A stretch of 64,000 bases of DNA from Acidobacteriota bacterium (GTDB lineage: Bacteria; Acidobacteriota; Thermoanaerobaculia; Multivoradales; UBA5704), in assembly GCA_040005235.1 (NCBI GenBank), contig JBDTZG010000001.1, positions 192,001 through 256,000 of the forward strand. The letters run 5' to 3'. A model generated the notes under the pieces. The model was not told the origin of the DNA. It was given only the letters and a program-made list of their open reading frames with translations, and made no database searches. Every line of letters starts with the position of its first letter. Positions within the stretch are counted from its first letter, which is position 1. This document shows, one piece after another, positions 1-12,000 of this stretch. A program made the translations under genes and the position numbers.

Positions 1-3000
1 CTACCTCGGGCAGGCCGACGCGTCCGCCCGCGGAGCGGGGCAAGCCTCTTCCGCCTCGCCTTCCACCCTCGCTATCGCCCGCGAAAACCCCGGCCCCACC
101 CTCTCGCCGCTCGCCACCCGCGCGCACGAGCTGGCAGTCTCGGCCGTGATCTCGGGCGGCGCCCTCCGCGTCGAGCTGATCTACGGCGCCGAGCGGCTGG
201 CCAAAGAAACCGTCGAAGCCTGGGCCGCCGCCTTCCGCGCGGAAGCCCTCGCGCTCGCCGAGCACTGCGCTTCGCCCGAGGCGTTCGGCTACACGCCATC
301 GGACTTCCCGCTCGCCCGCCTCGACCAGGCCACGATCGACCGCCTGTTCGGCGACGATCGCACGGTCGAAGATGTCTATCCGCTCGCGCCGCTCCAGGAG
401 GGGATGGTGTTCCAAACCCTCGCGGCGCCCCGCTCGGGGGTCTATTACGAGCAGCTTGCGGCGACCCTTTCCGGCCCGGTCGACGACAACCTGTTCGGCC
501 GCGCGCTCGCCGGGGTCCTCGCCCGGCACCCGATCCTCCGCACCTCGTTCCGTTGGCAGGGGAGCGAAAGCCTCCTGCAAGTCGTCCAACACCAAGTCGA
601 GCCGCCGCTGCTGATCGACGATTGGCGCGACGTACCGGCCGGCGAGATCCCGGGGCGCCTCGCGGCGCTGCTCGAAGCCGACCGCCGCGCCGGATTCGCG
701 CTCGACCGCGCGCCGCTGGTCGCCGCGCGGCTGATCCGCACCGACGAGGACGAGCGGACCCTCGTGCTCGCGAACCATCACGCGATCCTCGACGGCTGGT
801 CGTACCAGTCGTTCACCGCCGAGCTGTTCGCGCTTTACGCCGGCCTGCGCTCCGGCCGCGCGCCCGAGCTGCCGCACCGCCGCCCCTACCGCGACTACAT
901 CGCCTGGCTCGTCACCCGCGACCGGGGCGCTTCCGAGGCCTATTGGCGACGCGCCCTCGCCGGCTTCCGCGAGCCGACGCCGCTGGTCGTCGATCGTCCG
1001 GCGCCTCTCGGCCGGACGGGGCACGACGCCGGCACGGTCGAGCGCTCGCTGCCGCGCGCGACCAGCGACGCGCTCGATGCCCTCGCCCGACGCGAGCAGG
1101 TGACGCTCAATACGGTGGTCCAGGCGGCGACTGGATTGCTGTTCGCCCGCTACTCGGGGCAAGACGACGTGGTCTTCGGGACCGCGGTCTCCGGCCGGCC
1201 GCCGGGCCTTGCCGGCATTGAGAGCATGCTCGGGCTGTTCTTGAACACGCTGCCCGCGCGCGTCGTCTCGCCGCCCGACCGGGCGCTCGGGGCGCAGCTA
1301 CGCGACGTCCAGGAGCGCCAGCTCGAAATGCGCGAGCACGAGCACAGCGCTCTGGTCGACGTCCAATCGTGGAGCGAGGTCGATCCCGGCCGCCCGTTGT
1401 TCCAATCGATCCTGGTGTTCGAGAGCTATCCGCGCGAGAAGGCGGTCGCCCAAAGCGCCGCCGCGGAAGCGGGCGCCGAGCCGTTCGCCGCGGTTCGCGA
1501 CGTGCGTTTCGAGGAACGGACCAACCTGCCGCTCGCGCTCGTCGCGGCGCCGCTCGACCGGTTGTTTCTGCGCGCCTCGTTCGACACCGACCGGTTCGAC
1601 GCGGCGACCGCCACCAGGCTGGTCGACCACCTGGAAAACCTGCTCGCCGCGATGGCGAATGCGCCCGAGGCCGCTCTCCGCGAGCTGGCGCTCCTGTCGC
1701 CGGCCGAAGCGGCCGCGCTGGTTTCAGTGCCGCAACCGGCCGACGCCCAAGGGAGCTTTTGCCTCCATCGCCGCTTCGAGCAGATCGCTTCCGAACGACC
1801 GCTCGCGCCGGCCGTCACCTTCGGCGCCGAGACGATTCCTTACGGCGACCTCGAAGCCCGGGCGAACCGCCTGGCGCATCGGCTCCGCGCGCTCGGCGTC
1901 GGCCCCGAGGTGCGGGTCGCCCTCTGCCTCGACCGGACGGCCGAGATGCTGGTCGCGATCCTCGCCGTGCTCAAAGCCGGCGGCGCCTACGTGCCGCTCG
2001 ATCCGACCTATGCGCAAGAGCGGCTCGGCTTCGTGCTCGCGGATGCCGAAACGCCGGTCGTGATCTCGCAAAGCGACCTGGCGGACGCCCTGCCGCCTTG
2101 TACAGGGGAAGAAGGCGGCGCCAGGCTGCTCCTGCTCGACCGCGAGGATTTCGCAGACGAAAGCGCGGCGCCGCTCGCCGATGGTGCGACGCCGGACAAC
2201 GCCGCCTATGTGATCTACACCTCGGGTTCTACGGGTAAGCCGAAAGGCGTCGTCGTCACGCATGCCAACGTCGCTCGGCTGTTCCGCTCGACCGACCGCT
2301 GGTTCGGCTTCGGCACCGACGACGTTTGGACGTTGTTCCATTCCTACGCCTTCGACTTCTCGGTCTGGGAAATCTGGGGTGCGCTGCTCTACGGCGGCCG
2401 GCTGGTGGTCGTCCCGTACGCGGTCAGCCGCTCGCCGCGCGATTTCCGCGCGTTGCTCGCCGCGGAGCGGGTCACCGTGTTGAACCAGACCCCGTCGGCG
2501 TTCCACCAGCTCCAGCGCGCGGACGAAGAGGCGGGGGAGGGGGCTTTCCCGCTCGCGCTGCGCACGGTGGTGTTCGGTGGCGAGGCGCTCGACCTCGGTG
2601 CCCTCGCCCCCTGGTTCGGCCGTCACCCGGAAGATCGCCCCCGCCTGGTCAACATGTACGGCATCACCGAGACCACCGTGCACGTCACGTATCGGCCGCT
2701 CGGCAAAGCGGATGTGGGCTCCGCGAGCGTGATCGGCGAAGCGATCCCCGACCTCGCGCTACGCCTGCTCGACGCGCGCGGCGATCTGGTGCCGGTGGGA
2801 GTGCCGGGGGAGATCCACGTGGTCGGCGACGGCCTCGCGCGGGGTTATCTCGCGCGCCCCGATTTGACCGCCGAGCGGTTTGTTCCCGACGCCTATTCAA
2901 CACTGCCCGGCGCTCGGTCGTACCGCTCGGGCGACCTCGCCCGGCGTCGCCCCGCGGCTTTGGACGTGACGCTCGAGCTCGAATATCTCGGGCGCATCGA

Positions 3001-6000
3001 CCTGCAGGTGAAGATCCGCGGCTTCCGCATCGAGCTGGGGGAGATCGAAGCGGCATTGACCGCGCACCCGAGCGTGCGCGAAGCGGTGGCGGTGGTGCGG
3101 GGCGACGGGGACGACCGGCGCCTGGTCGCCTACCTGGTGGCACCTCCGGACGCGCCGTTGGCCAGCTTCGAAGCGGAGCTGCGCGAGCACCTGCGCGCGC
3201 GCCTGCCGGAGCACATGCTGCCGTCGTTCCTGGTGCCGCTCGCCGCGCTGCCGCTCACCCCGAACGGCAAGGTGGACAAGAAGGCGCTGCCCGCGCCGGA
3301 GATCGACCTCGGGGGCGGGTTCACCCCGCCGGGCACGCCGCTCGAACTTCGCCTGGCCGAGATCTGGGAACGACTGCTCGGCGTCGCGGGCGTCGGCCTC
3401 GAATCCGATTTCTTCGCGCTCGGCGGCCACTCGCTGCTCGCGATGCGCCTGTCGTCGCACGTGCGCGAGGCGCTGGAGCTGGAAATCCCGGTCACCCTGG
3501 TGTTCGAGGAGCCCATCTTCGGCGCGTTCGCTCGCACGGTCGAGGGAATGATCGAAGGATTGGGCGAGGGGGTGGGCGGGACGGCCGGAAAAGCGGCTCG
3601 CAAGGCGCTCGACGCCACCTCCGCCGAGCCGGCGCTCGTCGCCCTCGCGCGCACCGGGCCGGTCGCGCTCTCCTACTCGCAGACGCGGCTTTTCATGTTC
3701 GACCGGCTGCGCCCCGGAGACACCCTTTACAACATGGGCGGCACGCAGCGCCTGGGCGCGCGGCTCCGGCTCGACCTGCTCGCCGCGGCCATCGACCAGG
3801 TGGTGCGCCGGCACGAATCGCTGCGCACGGGCTTTTCCGAGATCGACTCCCATCCGGTCCAGATGATCCACCGCGAGGTCGAGGTCCGGCCGCGGCTGAT
3901 CGATCTTTCCGCTCTCGCGCTCAGCCGATCGCCGGAACCCGAGATGGTGCGCCTGAGCGCGCTCCAGGTCGGCACTCCGTTCGATCTCGGCCGGCCGCCC
4001 CTTCTGTCGATCTGGCTGGTCCGGCTCGGTGCCGCGGGCGACGTCCTGCTCTACATGATGCACCACATCATTTCGGACGGCTGGTCGATGGGCGTTCTGG
4101 TCTCCGAGCTTTCCGCGGCCTATGAGGCCTTGGCGGCCGGCCGATGGCCCGACCTGCCGGCGCTGCCGGTGCAATATCCCGATTACGCGGTCTGGCAGCG
4201 CGACTGGTTCGAGCGCGGCGAGCTCGCCCGCCAGCTCGGCTACTGGCGCGAACGACTGGCCGGAGCGCAGCCGAGCGAGCTGCCGACGGATCGCAAGCGT
4301 CCGGCGGTGTCGAGCTTCCGCGGCAGGCGTTTCCGCACGGCGCTCGACAGCGCGACCTCGAATGCGCTCCTGGCGCTCGCGCACGATCACCGCGCGTCGA
4401 TCTTCATGATGGTGCTCGCCGGTTTCGACGCGATCATCGCCCGCTGGTCGGGCCGCGACGACGTCGTCGTCGGCTCGCCGATCGCCAACCGCCAGCGGCG
4501 CGAGATCGAGGGATTGATCGGCTTCTTCGTCAACACCCTGGTCCTGCGAACCGACCTTTCCGGCGATCCAAGCTTCGCCGAGGCGCTCGACCGGACCCGC
4601 GACGCGGCGCTCGGCGCGTTCGGCCATCAGGATCTGCCGTTCGAGCGCCTGGTCGAAGAGCTGGCGCCGCGCCGCGATCCGGCGCGCCATCCGCTGTTCC
4701 AGCTGCTGTTCAACCTGGTGAACACACCGAGCGAGACCTCGGCCAAGGGCTCTCCCGGGTTCACCGCGGAGGCGGATTCGCCGGCTCCTGAGCTGCAGTC
4801 GGCGACCGCGCTGTTCGACCTCCAACTGTTCGGGATCGAGACCCCCGGATCGATCCAGCTGGTCTGGGAGTACTCGCTCGACCTGTTCGAGGAGGCCACC
4901 GTCCGGCGTTTCGCCCGGGGCTTCACGAGCCTGCTCAAAGGTGCTCTCGCGCGGCCGGAGACCCGCCTCTCCGAGCTGCCGCTCCTTTCGGCCGCCGATC
5001 GGATCGAGCTGCTCGCCGCCGCCGCGGGGCCAAGCTCGAACCCGCTTCCCGACCATTTCCTTCACCAGCGTCTCGCCCGCGAGGCGGCGGCTCGACCGGA
5101 TGCCCCGGCGGTGCGGTTCGGCGGCCGGGTCGTGACCTACGCCGAGCTCGATGCCGCGTCGAACCGCGTGGCGCGCCACCTCCAGGCCCTCGGCTTCGGC
5201 GTGGAGCTCACGGTCGGCCTCTGCTTCGATCATTGCCCCGAGCTGCTGTTCGCTCTGTTCGGCGTGCTCAAGGCGGGCGCTTCCTTCCTGCCCTTGGACC
5301 CGGGTTACCCGGAAGAGCGGCTGTCGTATCAGATCGCCGACTCGGGTACTTTGGCGGTGCTCACCGACGAGGCGAACGAACCGCTCGCCCGGCTGCTCGG
5401 CGCGCCGCTGGTTATCTGCGTCGACGGCCCGGAGGTTGCGGGCGAGAGCGCGGAGGCGCCGGCGCCGGAAGGGTTCGAGCCGGAGCGCGCCGCCTACCTG
5501 CTCTATACCTCTGGATCGACCGGGCGGCCGAAAGGGGTGGTCGTCACCCATCGCGGCCTCGCGAGCCTGGGGGTCGAGCAGGGCCGCCTGTTCGGCGTCG
5601 CGCCGGAGGGTCGCGTGCTGCAGTTCGCCTCTCCCGCGTTCGACGCCTCGGTCTCCGAGATCGCGATGGCGGTCGAGGCGGGCGCCGCGCTGGTCATGGC
5701 GCCGCGCGAGGTGCTGTTGCCCGGCGCCGACTTCATCCGGCTGCTCAAGGACGAGCGGGTGACCACCGCGACGCTTCCTCCCTCCCTGCTCGCCACCCTG
5801 CCGGCCGGAACGGAGAGCGAGCTGCCGGACCTCGCCAACCTGATCGTCGCGGGCGAAAGCTGCCAGCCGAAGCTCGCCGCCCGATGGGCGGCAGGCCGGC
5901 GATTCCTCAATGCCTACGGGCCCACCGAGACCACCGTGTGCGGCACGGTCGCCGACCTGTCCGGCGCGACGCTCTCGGCCGATCGTCCGTTGCCGCTCGG

Positions 6001-9000
6001 CCAACCGCTCGCCCACGTCCAGGTCCGGGTCGTCGATCGCTGGTTCGAGCCGGTGCCGGTCGGCACTCCCGGCGAGATCGTCATCGGGGGCGTTGGCCTG
6101 GCCCGCAACTACCACGGCCGGCCCGATCTCACCGCCGAGCGCTTCGTGCCCGATCCGCTTGCCGGCGGGGAGGGCGACTCGCCGGGAGGCCGGATCTACC
6201 GGACCGGCGACCTCGCTCGCTGGCGGCCGGAGCCCCGGCAGCCGACCGGCCTCGACCTCGAATACCTCGGCCGGATCGATTTCCAGATCAAGATCCGCGG
6301 ATATCGCGTCGAGCTGGGGGAAATCGAGGCCGCCTTGACCGCTCACCCCGAGGTGCGCGAGGCGGTGGTGGTGGTCAAGGGCGAGGACGACGACCGGCGG
6401 TTGATCGCGTATCTGGCGGCGACACCTTCCCCGACCCTCGAAGCGGAGCTGCGCGAGCATCTGCGCACGATCCTCCCCGAGTACATGGTGCCGGGACGCT
6501 TCGCGATGCTCGCCGCGTTGCCCTTGACCCCGAACGGCAAGGTCGATCGCAAGGCGTTGCCGGAGCCCGGAGTGGAGCTGGTGGAGGGGGTCACCCCGCC
6601 GCGGACGCCGGTCGAGCGGCGCCTGGCCGAGATCTGGGAAGAGCTGCTGGCGGTCTCGGGCGTCGGGCTCGAATCCGCGTTCTTCGAGCTCGGTGGACAT
6701 TCGCTCCTCGCGATGCGATTGACCTCGCGCATCCTCGAAGGGTTGGGTCTCGACCTGCCGATGCAGGCGATCTTCGACGAGCCGACGCTCGAATCGTTGG
6801 CGGCCCGGATCGAAACCGGGTTGAAGGAGAGCCAAGGCGGGGTTGCCGCGCCCGCGCTCCTGCCGCTGTCGCGCGGCGAGGCGCTGCCGCTGTCGTTCGC
6901 GCAGACCCGCCTTTGGATGCTCGATCGCCTGCTTCCGGGCGGGTCGCTCTACAACATGGGCGGCCTTCAGCGTTTGGGGAGCGGTCTCCGTTTCGACCTG
7001 TTCGCCGCGGCGATCGAGATCGTGGTGCGCCGCCACGAGACGCTGCGCACGAGCTTCGACGAGATCGACCTGGCGCCGATTCAGATCATCCATCCGGAGG
7101 CCGCGGTGCGGCCCCGGCAGATCGACCTCGCCGCGCTCGCCGCGGGCGAACGCGAAATGCTGCGGCTCGGCGCGCTCCAGCTCGCCCAGCCGTTCGACCT
7201 CGGCCGGCCGACGCTCCTGCGCCTCTGGCTGGTCCGGCTCGCGACCGAGTCGGTGCTCCTCTACGTGATCCACCACATCGTCTCCGACGCCTGGTCGATG
7301 GGCCTCCTGATCTCGGAGATCACCGCGGCCTATGCCGCGCTCGCCGAAGGGCAGAGGCCGGACTTTCCCGAGCTGCCCATCCAGTACGCCGACTTTTCGG
7401 TCTGGCAGCGCGCCTGGTTCGAGGGCGGCGAATTGGACCGCCAGCTCGGCTACTGGCGGACCCAGCTCGCCGGCCTGCCGGCGACCGAGCTGCCCGTCGA
7501 CCGGCCGCGCCCGCCAGTGTCGAGCTACCGCGGCCGGCGGTTCCGCACCGCGCTCGCCACGGACGTCGCGGCCGCCCTCGGCACGCTGGCGCACGAGCGC
7601 CAGGCCTCGGCGTTCATGGTCCTGCTCGCCGGCTTCGACGCTCTGGTCGCCCGCTACGTCGGCCAGGACGACGTCGTCATCGGCACGCCGGTTGCGAACC
7701 GTCGCCGCCGCGAGGTCGAAGGGCTGATCGGATTCTTCGTCAACACCCTGGTGCTGCGCACCGACCTCGACGGCGACCCGAGCTTCGCCGAGGCGGTCGA
7801 TCGGACGCGGGAGACCGCGCTCGGCGCCTTCGCCCACCCGGATCTGCCTTTCGAGCGCCTGGTCGAAGAGCTGGCGCCGCATCGCGACATGGCGCGGAAC
7901 CCGCTGTTCCAGCTGATGTTCAACCTGATCGGTTCCTCTCAGGCCGAGGCGGGCGAACGCTCCGCCAAGTCTCCCCGGGATGTCGGATCTTCGCCGGCCC
8001 AGGACGCGACGGCGCTGTTCGACCTGCAGGTCTATGGGGTCGAAACCTCCGACTCGTTCGATCTCCATTGGGAATACTCGGTGGACCTGTTCGAAGAGGC
8101 GACGATGCGCCGCCTCGCCCGGGGTTATGAGTCGCTGCTCGCCGCCGCGGTGGCCCGGCCGGAATCGCGCCTGTCGGATGTTCCGCTCCTCTCCGCTGCG
8201 GAGCGCGCCGAGCTGGTCGCCGCCGGCACCGGTCGCGCGGCGGGCGCGAGCGGCCGGGTTCACGAGCGGATCCGCGAGCAGGCGGCGGCAACGCCCGCTG
8301 CGATCGCCTTCGCCGCCGGTTCCGACACCCTCACCTACGCCGAGCTGACGGCGCGGGCGAACCGGCTCGCGCGGCGCCTCGCCCGCCTGGGCGTCGGCGT
8401 CGAGTCGCGCGTCGGCATCGCGGTCGAGCGTTCGCTCGCGTTGCCGGTGGCGGCCCTGGGCGTGCTCGGTGCCGGCGCCTCCTACGTGCCGCTCGATCCG
8501 GCCTATCCGGCGGAGCGGCTCGCCTACATGGCCGCGGACGCCAGGCTCGCGGCGCTGGTCGTAAGCGGCGATCTGGAGGATCTCGATCGGCGCTTTGCCG
8601 CCTACGCGCCGGTCGTGGTGAGGATCGCGCCGGATGGCGAGATCGACGGCGCCGAGCTTTCGACCCCGTTGCCCTCCCGGGTCGGGGCGGAAAACCTGGC
8701 GTACACGATCTACACCTCGGGCTCAACCGGTCAGCCGAAGGGGGTCGAGCTGTCGCACGGTGCCCTCGCCAACTTCTTGGACGCGATGATCGAGCGTCCC
8801 GGCGTGGTCGCCTCCGACGTGCTGGTCTCGGTCACTTCCCTGTCGTTCGACATCGCGGGTTTGGAGCTGTACGCGCCGCTCCTGGTCGGGGCGCGGACCG
8901 TGATCGCGCGGCGCGACGAGGCGACGGACGGCAGCCTGCTCGCCGCGCTGCTCCGGCGGAGCGGCGCCACGGTGCTCCAGGCTACCCCTTCGGGTTGGCG

Positions 9001-12000
9001 GGTGTTGCTGGCCGCGGGCTGGACCGGCGATCGCAGCTTGAAGGCGCTGGTCGGCGGCGAGGCGCTCCCCCCGGCGTTGGCCGGCGAGCTGCGTTCGCTC
9101 GTCGGCTCGTTGTGGAACATGTACGGCCCGACCGAAACGGCGGTCTGGTCGACGCTCGACGAGGTGGGCGCGGGGCCGGTCTCGATCGGCCGGCCGATCG
9201 CTGCCACCCTAACCTACGTCGTCGATCGCCGGGGCGACCTGCTGCCGCAGGGGGTCCCCGGCGAGCTGTGGATCGGCGGCGCGGGCGTGGCGCGCGGCTA
9301 CCGCGGGCGCCCCGACCTCACCGCCGAGCGCTTTCTACCCGACCCCTGGTCGGCGGAGTCGGGCGCGCGCCTCTACCGCACCGGCGATCTCGGGCGCTGG
9401 CGCCCGGACGGTCGATTGGAGTGCCTCGGCCGGATCGACCATCAGGTGAAGGTGCGCGGCCATCGCATCGAGCTCGGCGAGATCGAAGCGGTGCTCGGCA
9501 GCCATCCGGCGGTCGCCGCCTCGGCGGTCACGCTGTTCGGCGAGGGCGAGGATCGGCGCCTCGCGGCCTACGTCGTCCTGCGGCCGGGAGAAGAAGAGGA
9601 GATCTCGCTGCGCGACGCGCTCGCGCCGTTCCTGCTCGAACGGCTGCCGGAGTCGATGATGCCTTCGGTCTTCGTCCGTTTGGCGGCGCTGCCGCTCACC
9701 CCCAACGGCAAGGTCGACCGCAAGGCGCTGCCGTCTCCCGACTTCGAGATGGGCGCTGCGGCGACCCCGCCGCGCACGCCTTTCGAGAAGCAGGTCGCGG
9801 CGATCTGGGAGGAGGTGCTCGGGGTCGCGGGCATCGGGGTCGAGTCCCATTTCTTCGCCCTCGGCGGCCATTCCCTTCTCGCGATGCGCTTGGCGTCGCG
9901 CCTGCGCGAAACGTTCGGCCTGGACCTGCCGCTGCGCGCCATTTTCGAGGCGTCGACGCTGGGCCTGTTCGCCGCCCGGGTCGAGGCCGCCCTGGCCGCC
10001 GGGTCCGAGGAAGCCGGAGGCGCCGAGGAGGCGCTCGTCCCCCTGCCGCGGACGGGGCCGCTGCCTCTGTCGTTCGCCCAGGCGCGGCTCTGGCTGCTCG
10101 ATCGGCTGGCTCCGGGCAATCCGTTCTACAACTTGGGCAGCGCGATCCACCTTGGACGGCGGCTGCGCTATGACCTGTTCTCCGCGGCGGTCGGCACGGT
10201 GGTGGCGCGGCACGAGTCGCTGCGCACGAGCTTCGGCGAGCACGATCGGGAGCCGACCCAGACGATCCACGGCGACGTCGGGGTCCGGCCGCGCCAGATC
10301 GACCTGGCGGGCCTCGCGGCGCCCGCGGCGGAAGCGCTGCGCCTCGGTTCGTTGCAGCTCGCGCAACCCTTCGACCTCGGCCGTCCTCCACTCCTGCGCC
10401 TCTGGCTGGTGCGGCTCGGAGCCGCGGAAGATGCGCTGCTCTACGCGATCCACCACATCGTCTCGGATGCCTGGTCGCTCGGCCTGTTGGTCGCCGAGAT
10501 CACCGCGAGCTACGCCGCGCTCGCCGCGGGCCGAGCCCCGGAGCTGCCGGCGCTGCCGGTGCAGTACGCCGATTTCGCCGCCTGGCAGCGCTCGTGGCTG
10601 GCTGAAGGCGAGCTCGCTCGCCAGCTCGACTACTGGCGCGGCCGGCTGGCCGGCGCGCCGGGCACCGAGCTGCCGACCGACCGGCCGCGGCCGGCCGTCT
10701 CGTCCTATCGCGGGCGCGGCCTGCGCACAGCGGTCGGTCCGGGTCTCGCCGCGGGCGTCGCCCGGATCGCCCGCGGCGCCCAAGCCTCCCCCTTCATGGT
10801 GCTGCTCGCGGCGTTCCAGGCGGTGGTGGTCCGCTACGGCGCGGGGGAGGACGTGGTTCTCGGCACGCCGATCGCGAACCGCCGGCGGCGCGAGGTGGAG
10901 CGCCTGATCGGCTTCTTCGTCAACACCCTCGTCCTGCGCACCGACCTTGCCGGCGATCCGAGCTTCGCCGAGGCGCTCGCGCGGACCAAAGAAACGGCGC
11001 TCGGCGCGTTCGCCTACCAGGACATGCCGTTCGAACGGTTGGTCGAAGAGCTGTCGCCGCGCCGCGACCTGGCGCGCAATCCCTTCTTCCAGCTGATGTT
11101 CAACCTGATCAACACCCCGGCCGCCGAGGGCGCGTCGCGGCGGGACGGCGCCGGAGAGCCGCCGGATACCGCCGACCGGCCGGCGCTCGACGTCCAGCCG
11201 GCGACGGCGCTGTTCGATCTCCAGATCTACCTGATCGAGGCGCCCGATGCGTTCCACCTCTATTGGGAGTACGCCTCCGACCTGTTCGAGGAGGCGACGA
11301 TCCGTCGCCTCGGCCGCGCCTACGAATCGCTGATCGAGGGAGCCGTGGCACGGCCGGAGGGCAAGCTGTCGGATCTGCCGCTGCTCTCCGCGCCGGAACG
11401 GGCGGAGCTTCTGGCGACCGGCACCGGTCCCTCGGCCGCAGGCGGAGGAGGCCCGGTCCACGAACGGATCGCCGCCCAGGCGCTGCGCACTCCGGCGGCG
11501 GTCGCCGTGATCGCCGGAACCGATGCGCTCACCTACGCCGAGTTGCAGGAGCGGGCCGACCGCTTGGCGCGGCGGTTGCGTCGTCTCGGAATCGGCGTCG
11601 AATCGCGGGTCGGGATCGCCGTCGAGCGGTCGCTCGCGCTGCCGGTCGCGACGCTCGGCGTGCTGGGCGCGGGCGCCTCGTACGTGCCGCTCGATCCCGC
11701 CTATCCGGCCGAGCGCCTCGCCTACATGGCGGCGGACTCGGGGCTCGCGGCGGTGATCGCAAGCGACGATTTGGCAGATCCCGAGCGCTTCGCGGGCTAC
11801 GCGTCGATCGCCGTTCTGATCCACCCCGACGGTTCGATCGACGGCGGGGAGGATGCGCCTTTCGCCGCCGCCGACACGGCGGCTCAAAACCTCGCCTACA
11901 CGATCTACACCTCCGGCTCTACCGGCCTACCGAAGGGGGTCGAGCTGTCGCACGGCGCGCTCGCGAACTTCCTCGACGCGATGATCGAGCGCCCGGGCCT